Of a stretch of 64,000 bases of DNA, positions 58,617 to 64,000 are shown piece by piece. The notes below the pieces were generated by a model. The model was not told where the DNA came from, ran no database searches, and worked only from the letters and a program-made list of their open reading frames with translations. Source of the stretch: Nitrospirota bacterium (GTDB taxonomy: Bacteria; Nitrospirota; UBA9217); the NCBI GenBank assembly GCA_963845065.1, contig CAWJQQ010000009.1, positions 1,120,001 through 1,184,000 of the forward strand, in the 5' to 3' direction. Made by a program: the position numbers and the translations under genes. Position 1 is the stretch's first letter, and each line of letters begins with the position of its first letter.

Positions 58617-61016
58617 ATGAAAACGCAGTCTTTCTCGAAGTTGTTCTTGTATGTAGCATTATGCTGCACACTGATTTTTGCATTCGGTCTCATGGCCGGC
58701 TGTAAAGGCAGCGCTGGCGACACCGGTGCTGCTGGCGCAACTGGCGCAACCGGCGCAACCGGCGCAACCGGCGCAACCGGACCAGCTGGCCCAGCCGGAG
58801 CAGCAGCGAACGCTTTCGGTACGCACGACCTTCTGCAAGGCAAAGTGGATGCGACCATATCGAACATTGCCGTTCAGAATGTTGGCGGATTTCCGGTGGT
58901 TTCTTTCCATGTCGCAACAGCAGCCGGTCCGTACACAACTCTTACGTCAACCAATATGGAATTCAAGATTGCTGACTTGATTCCCGCCGGCACCGTCACG
59001 GCGGTTACTGGTAGCGCTTATTCTACCGATTACTTCGAGACGTGGACATCAGAGTTAGCGGGGCTGCAGACAGCAGCCTCAGGTACATACACATACCCGT
59101 TAAACGCCAACATTATCACAACAGATGCCGCAAACGGGAATTACAGCTATACATTTTCAGTGGCGTACGGCAGCGCGTTTCCAGGATACAACAACGCGGA
59201 CTATAAGGCGACGAATAGTAAGCGCGTTTTGGTCAAGATCACTGGCTCTGCCGTTATCAATAACACTGTAGGCTTCCTGGATTTTGCGAGTGCGCCCGCT
59301 TCGGGTGCGACCGCGTCGGCGATTCCTTCCCAGCGCCAGTTCGTGACTATCCAGGCCTGCCAGCAGTGCCACACCAAGTATATGGACAACGCGGCACATG
59401 CCAGTAGTTACCTTGACACGCGTGCCTGCGACCTCTGCCATAGCCCCTTGTATGGATCGCTCCCGAGGCATGCCGTGGGATTCATGGATACGGCCAACGC
59501 CATTTTGCCGGTGTTCATTCACCAGATCCATTTTTCAGTTCCCAACCCGACTGGCCCGAGCGTCGTATTCCCCGTCACCTTCCCCGGGAACATGGAGAAC
59601 TGCGTCACCTGTCATACCAACAGCGGTCTGAATCTCGGCACGGGCGATAAGATCAGTAACTGGAACACCAATCCGACTCGCCGTGTATGCGCCAGCTGCC
59701 ATATCACTGCTAACTTTACGACGGGCGCCACATTTACCAAACTTGATGGCAGCAGTTTTGCCCACTCTATACAAAGCGATGATTCACATTGCAGTATTTG
59801 CCATACGGCCAATGGTGGACCTTCTCCAGACGTTATTACCGTTCACAGCACCACGTTGCCGGCGTTTGTCGCACCAGCGACCGGAATTGTAGCGACGCTT
59901 CCTACGGCGGATACTCCGGAATATAACATCGCTATCTCCTTGAGTTCCCCGGCTAACGGCAATTATTTTGTCACAGGTGAAACACCGACCGTCACAATCA
60001 CTCTGACCAACCCTGATGGCAGCGCTGTGCCGGCTGGCCTCACTGCAGCCCCCGGTCATCAAGTAGGAAACTACGACCCCAACAGCCTGTCCGTAGCCAA
60101 CTTGTATGTCTATGGTCCCCGCCCCTCGCCCAGGCCGACCTTCCTTCCCTTGGGCAAGAAGTCGATACCCCTGCTGGGCTCCTATTATTCCGCGAGCAGG
60201 TCGTTGTGTACTACTACAACCGCTACGACAAACAATACTAATATTAACATAACGCCAACGGCAACGGGCTGGACCTATAGGTTGCAGCCTGTTACAGCAG
60301 GCGCATTGCCGGGCACCTACTTTGTCCGTGTCTATCTCGGCAATACTTACGCCTCTACATTGGCTTCTGGTTGCGGCACCGTTGCTGACCAGATCGTTTC
60401 CGTCGGTATAACACAGTTCCAGGTTGGCACCGCAACCGTGGACAAGAGGATTGCCGGCAACCCCGACGGTACCAGCCCTTGTCTGAATTGCCATGGCAGC
60501 CAGGTGATGCACCGCGATGATCATCAGTCGCCGTTCGATCCCGATCACTGTAACGGCTGCCATTACATAGGCGCCTACGGTAACACCGCCACCAACGGTT
60601 TAAGCTCCGGCGGCGATCCTATTTCTAACCGCGTCCATGCGGTTCATTCCGCCTCAGCCACCGGCGACATCAGTGTCATTGACTGGTCGGTACCGAATTC
60701 GTGGAACGTGTTAGTGGGGAACCCGACTATAACGAGCTTCGCGACGTCTACCATAACCTATCCGCAGCAATTGCGGTGTGAAACCTGCCATGCGTCAGGC
60801 AATACTTCGTTTGAGAACAATCTCTATGAAGTCCCCTGCTATGGCTGTCATTCCGATATACCTGGGGCAGATGAACATATGAATACGATGGGTGGTAGTA
60901 TCACTTCAATCGTATCCGTTTCGACGAGTTCAATAACAGCACCTGAGTCTTGTATCGTTTGCCACACCCCAGGCGAGGATGTTAGTATTTCCGATTCCGG
61001 TCAGACCGACCATTAA
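58617..61016 (+). CDS. Decaheme c-type cytochrome lipoprotein, OmcA/MtrC-like
   Basis: Lipobox MAGC; 10 CxxCH motifs in two groups of five separated by a beta-rich domain; collagen-like linker. Confidence 0.92.
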   Translation: MKTQSFSKLFLYVALCCTLIFAFGLMAGCKGSAGDTGAAGATGATGATGATGATGPAGPAGAAANAFGTHDLLQGKVDATISNIAVQNVGGFPVVSFHVATAAGPYTTLTSTNMEFKIADLIPAGTVTAVTGSAYSTDYFETWTSELAGLQTAASGTYTYPLNANIITTDAANGNYSYTFSVAYGSAFPGYNNADYKATNSKRVLVKITGSAVINNTVGFLDFASAPASGATASAIPSQRQFVTIQACQQCHTKYMDNAAHASSYLDTRACDLCHSPLYGSLPRHAVGFMDTANAILPVFIHQIHFSVPNPTGPSVVFPVTFPGNMENCVTCHTNSGLNLGTGDKISNWNTNPTRRVCASCHITANFTTGATFTKLDGSSFAHSIQSDDSHCSICHTANGGPSPDVITVHSTTLPAFVAPATGIVATLPTADTPEYNIAISLSSPANGNYFVTGETPTVTITLTNPDGSAVPAGLTAAPGHQVGNYDPNSLSVANLYVYGPRPSPRPTFLPLGKKSIPLLGSYYSASRSLCTTTTATTNNTNINITPTATGWTYRLQPVTAGALPGTYFVRVYLGNTYASTLASGCGTVADQIVSVGITQFQVGTATVDKRIAGNPDGTSPCLNCHGSQVMHRDDHQSPFDPDHCNGCHYIGAYGNTATNGLSSGGDPISNRVHAVHSASATGDISVIDWSVPNSWNVLVGNPTITSFATSTITYPQQLRCETCHASGNTSFENNLYEVPCYGCHSDIPGADEHMNTMGGSITSIVSVSTSSITAPESCIVCHTPGEDVSISDSGQTDH
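58716..58805 (+). repeat. 9-bp tandem repeat (GGCGCAACC) encoding Gly-X-Y collagen-like linker
   Basis: GDTGAAGATGATGATGATGATGPAGPAGAA. Confidence 0.9.
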
Positions 61017-61063
61017 CCTCGTTACTTTTGAAATTGTAGTCTGAAATTCAGAGACAGTTTCGC

Positions 61064-61093
61064 AGGGCGGACCGCAAGGTCCGCCCTTTCTTA
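61064..61093 (+). terminator. Rho-independent terminator
   Basis: AGGGCGGACC-GCAA-GGTCCGCCCT then TTCTT. Confidence 0.85.
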
Positions 61094-61188
61094 TGTGTTG
61101 AGCATATTTACAAACAAACGAAAAATCGTAATGGGTCTGGCGTATTGACTTGTATGAAAATGTTTTTGTTATTTTTTAGGAGAATGAA

Positions 61189-61545
61189 ATGAGAAAAGTA
61201 CCATTTTACCTCGTGTCCTTGTTGCTCATAGTCGTTGCGTTCAATTTTTCAGGCTGTACCAGGCTGTTCGGGCCTTCGGACCCAGAAGTAATCAAAGCTA
61301 TTAACGAGAGCGGAGTCTTCAAGGGCGGGATTGGCCAGCTTACCTTGCAATCGCCTATCGTGATTCTGGAAAAAGGCGGCCGAAATAATGACGGCTCCTG
61401 GCCCGTCAAAGTAAAAGTAACATTTACTTATTATGTAACTAAGGAGAAAATATCCGCGCCGGAAGAGAAAACGGTTGTCTTTAAAATGTATAAAGCTAAA
61501 GACAGTACGGGTCATATTGTGTGGAAGGCTGTACTCGGTTCTTAG
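61189..61545 (+). CDS. Hypothetical lipoprotein (paralog of 879-1259)
   Basis: Lipobox FSGC; RBS AGGAG. Confidence 0.8.
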   Translation: MRKVPFYLVSLLLIVVAFNFSGCTRLFGPSDPEVIKAINESGVFKGGIGQLTLQSPIVILEKGGRNNDGSWPVKVKVTFTYYVTKEKISAPEEKTVVFKMYKAKDSTGHIVWKAVLGS

Positions 61546-62103
61546 GAAAGGACGATTGTTAAAGTGAAGAAAGCAAACCTGTTGCACGCTCCCGCTTAAT
61601 GGTGGCTGTTGCATTGCTGCTAGGTATTCTGTGGATTCTGCCGCTCATAGCTCACACCGGCGGAGTTCAGGATGATTCCACGTGCGCTCTCTGCCACAAT
61701 GCAACGACCACGACTCAATAATGAGATGAGGCTTGCCGGGGTTAAAAGCATCGGGCAGACAAACGATACCGCGATGTCCATGAGAGGACTCGGCAAGATT
61801 CTCTGCAATCGAGATGAACGTACTGCTTACAACGGCAAACCTTACAAGATCAAAGTCGCCTTAAAATCCCAAAGGTCACCGTGGAAGAACGAATCGATGA
61901 CTCTCTGCATATAACCAACAGGGGCCTGGACATAAGATACCGGGAGATCGCAGCACGACCAGCTATTGAAAACCTAAATACACCAATAGTAATTCAGGAA
62001 AAGAAAGGACGGACTCAACCACCAGATCACCCACGGAAAAGACCGTTTAAAGCAAACCGCCGGACAAGGGAACAACTTTCCGTTGTTTCCTAAAATGTAA
62101 CGG

Positions 62104-62641
62104 GACACCCATTTAAAGGGCACTGTCAAGTGATAATAGTTATCTTGTGACGAGAAAAGGAACTTTTCTCGTCAAGTCTTTTCGTTACCATCATCCTCAC
62201 CATTGCCGCAATTTCATTTCATTCGATGTCAATTCTTCACTGCATCAGACACCCATCAGGATTAAGGTCATTGGTACTGCAGGATATCTCCACGACCCTT
62301 TCCATCATCGGTGGACCAGAAAATCTTCGCCTCTTTGCCGCGCCCAAGTGGTTTTTCATTTCTTATGGTTATAAATCAACCTGTTATAGTTCACGGCACG
62401 GCCAGCAAAGATGCTGATAACGATATATATTACGGGTGGGGCGGAATACCAATCATTTCTCATGGGTTTGCCAATCCTATTGCTGGTTCACCGCCCCAGC
62501 CATCTTTCACCCGAAGCACTTTCCCGGAATGAACAATACCCTGTCCCGCATGATGTAATAAGCCGCTCTCGCTAGCTTATGAGCAAGTGCAATATGCGCC
62601 ACCATCCTGTTTGTCTTTTGCGCTTTGCGGTTGTAACGGAT
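62104..62641 (-). mobile_element. IS110-family remnant: transposase C-terminus (62507-62641) plus ~400-nt non-coding right end
   Basis: Manual translation RYNRKAQKTNRMVAHIALAHKLARAAYYIMRDRVLFIPGKCFG*; structured 3' region; terminal CTTGACA...ATGGGTGTC. Confidence 0.75.
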
Positions 62642-64000
62642 GCTCTTTCTAATAAATGGCGCGGTTGAACATTTCATCATTTTGTAATTACAGTCTATTT
62701 TCTTCTAGATGGCAGCTTCTTAGTGGTTACTTTTACTCCTGTGCTGGGAAGTATGTTCGGCAATCGGACCCCGGCTGCGGTCAGCAATTTTCCGATCGAT
62801 TCCCGCGGTTCCGGTATGCGATTGTAGCGGACCGATCCATTCACGCCAACCGCCACGGCACATAAGGTTGAAAGCTCATCGAGCCCTTCTTGCACCGTTA
62901 AGTCCAACTGCCTCCATCGTCTGGATAGCTCCTTCACAACACGATACGCCATCATGACCACGAATACGTAGCCACGTGTCCGCGTCGCGAACCGCACATG
63001 AATGGGCCGGACTTCCAATTCCGCTGTCTTACTGGTACGGAAAGCGGATTCTACCAAGGTGAGATCCTTATACCGATCATGAATCGTTTCTTTGCTTGCG
63101 GATTCCACCGGAAGGTCGGTCTTCAGCACATAGCAACCGTTAAACTTTTCCGCTTCCCCAAGTGTCTTGGCGTCCACGGTTATCGACAGCACCCTGTCTT
63201 CTTCGAAAGCCGTCGCCCAATCGGATATCTTGAGCCGTTCAGTTCGTTCACTAATTGTGCGAAGTGCAATCGCGACATTAGCTTTGGGATGTTCCTCAAG
63301 ATAGCGGTTTCGCTCGTCAATCATCTTACGCGCTGACGCGAGCTTATCCTCCCTGGATTCCTTCATTTCCTTAGCTCTCACGGGATTGCGCCTAAGTATA
63401 TATCGCGTCCCGTCATCAGTCGTGACCTCCGCAAGCGCTTGATCGAACAGGTTCATCTGGATGATATTGCGAGCAAGAAGATTTTCAACTTGCGGCTTGG
63501 TAATTGCCGTGATGTAATGAAACCCGTAGGGTTCCGCATGCAGAGCTTCAATTTGACCGCTCTTAATCATCCCTCGGTCGCCCACAAACGTTACATCCTT
63601 CTCCCTGAATCGCTCCGCGACCTTCTTGATCTGCAGCCCAACAGTCTTGGGATCCTGTGTATTACCGGTAAACACCTCCACAGACAGCGGTGAACCTTCG
63701 TTATTGCATAACAATCCGATCACGATCTGCATCTTGCCCTTCTTGCCGTCCCGGTTGTAGCCGAAAGCCGACAGCTCGTTCTCCGTCCCTTCCAGATACG
63801 AACTGGTCACATCGTATAAAAACAGCCCCGGTTTTTCGGCTCCATGCAGTTTTCGAATAAGACGATCTTCGATCGTTGCCTGACGTTCGGCAAGCCAGTC
63901 GAGATTGTCGTATAAATCGTTCTCATCAAATTTCCCCATGCTCAATATATCGCACGCCGCGTGAACCCCGGCCAAACGCACCGCTGACAGCCGCGATCCC
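62641..64000 (-). mobile_element. IS1634-family element (transposase stop at 62695, 5' part beyond window)
   Basis: LYDVTSSYLEG, FGYNRDGK, VGDRGM, VESAFRT.K..LEVRP. Confidence 0.9.

Noticed and set aside
61620..62093. Short ORFs between the lipoprotein and the IS110 end
   Set aside because: No recognisable motif or consistent frame; cannot support a call.

Overview
The window holds bacterial chromosomal DNA from a probably Gram-negative host (lipoproteins, spanins, decaheme cytochrome), interrupted by a ~46-kb prophage. The prophage (5571-51605) is integrated in tRNA-Arg(CCG) and bounded by an exact 45-bp direct repeat. Left flank: mltG, a lipoprotein, a degenerate IS630, two peptide ABC permeases and five tRNAs. 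Right flank: tRNA-Lys, tRNA-Leu, tig-clpP-clpX-engB, an MscS/cNMP channel, a sigma54-type promoter before an OmcA/MtrC-like decaheme cytochrome, an IS110 remnant with a bridge-RNA-like 3' end, and an IS1634. The prophage is siphovirus-like, with a Mu-type portal/protease, lambda E/D-type capsid proteins, a primase-helicase with an iteron origin, and three recombinases. Most notable: (1) both the major capsid protein and the head-decoration protein carry similar ~63-aa two-transmembrane leaders ending in a prepilin-like [NS]Q[AV]G motif, and a third gene has a Flp-like RDRRG leader, suggesting membrane-tethered capsid precursors released by a protease; (2) a collapsed diversity-generating retroelement retains its target gene, VR, hairpin and a frameshifted RT C-terminus missing from the ORF track; (3) the att-adjacent integrase has Pro at the catalytic Arg position; (4) the IS110 non-coding end contains an internal 9-mer identical to its own terminus. 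All family assignments come from motif recognition by eye, not database searches.
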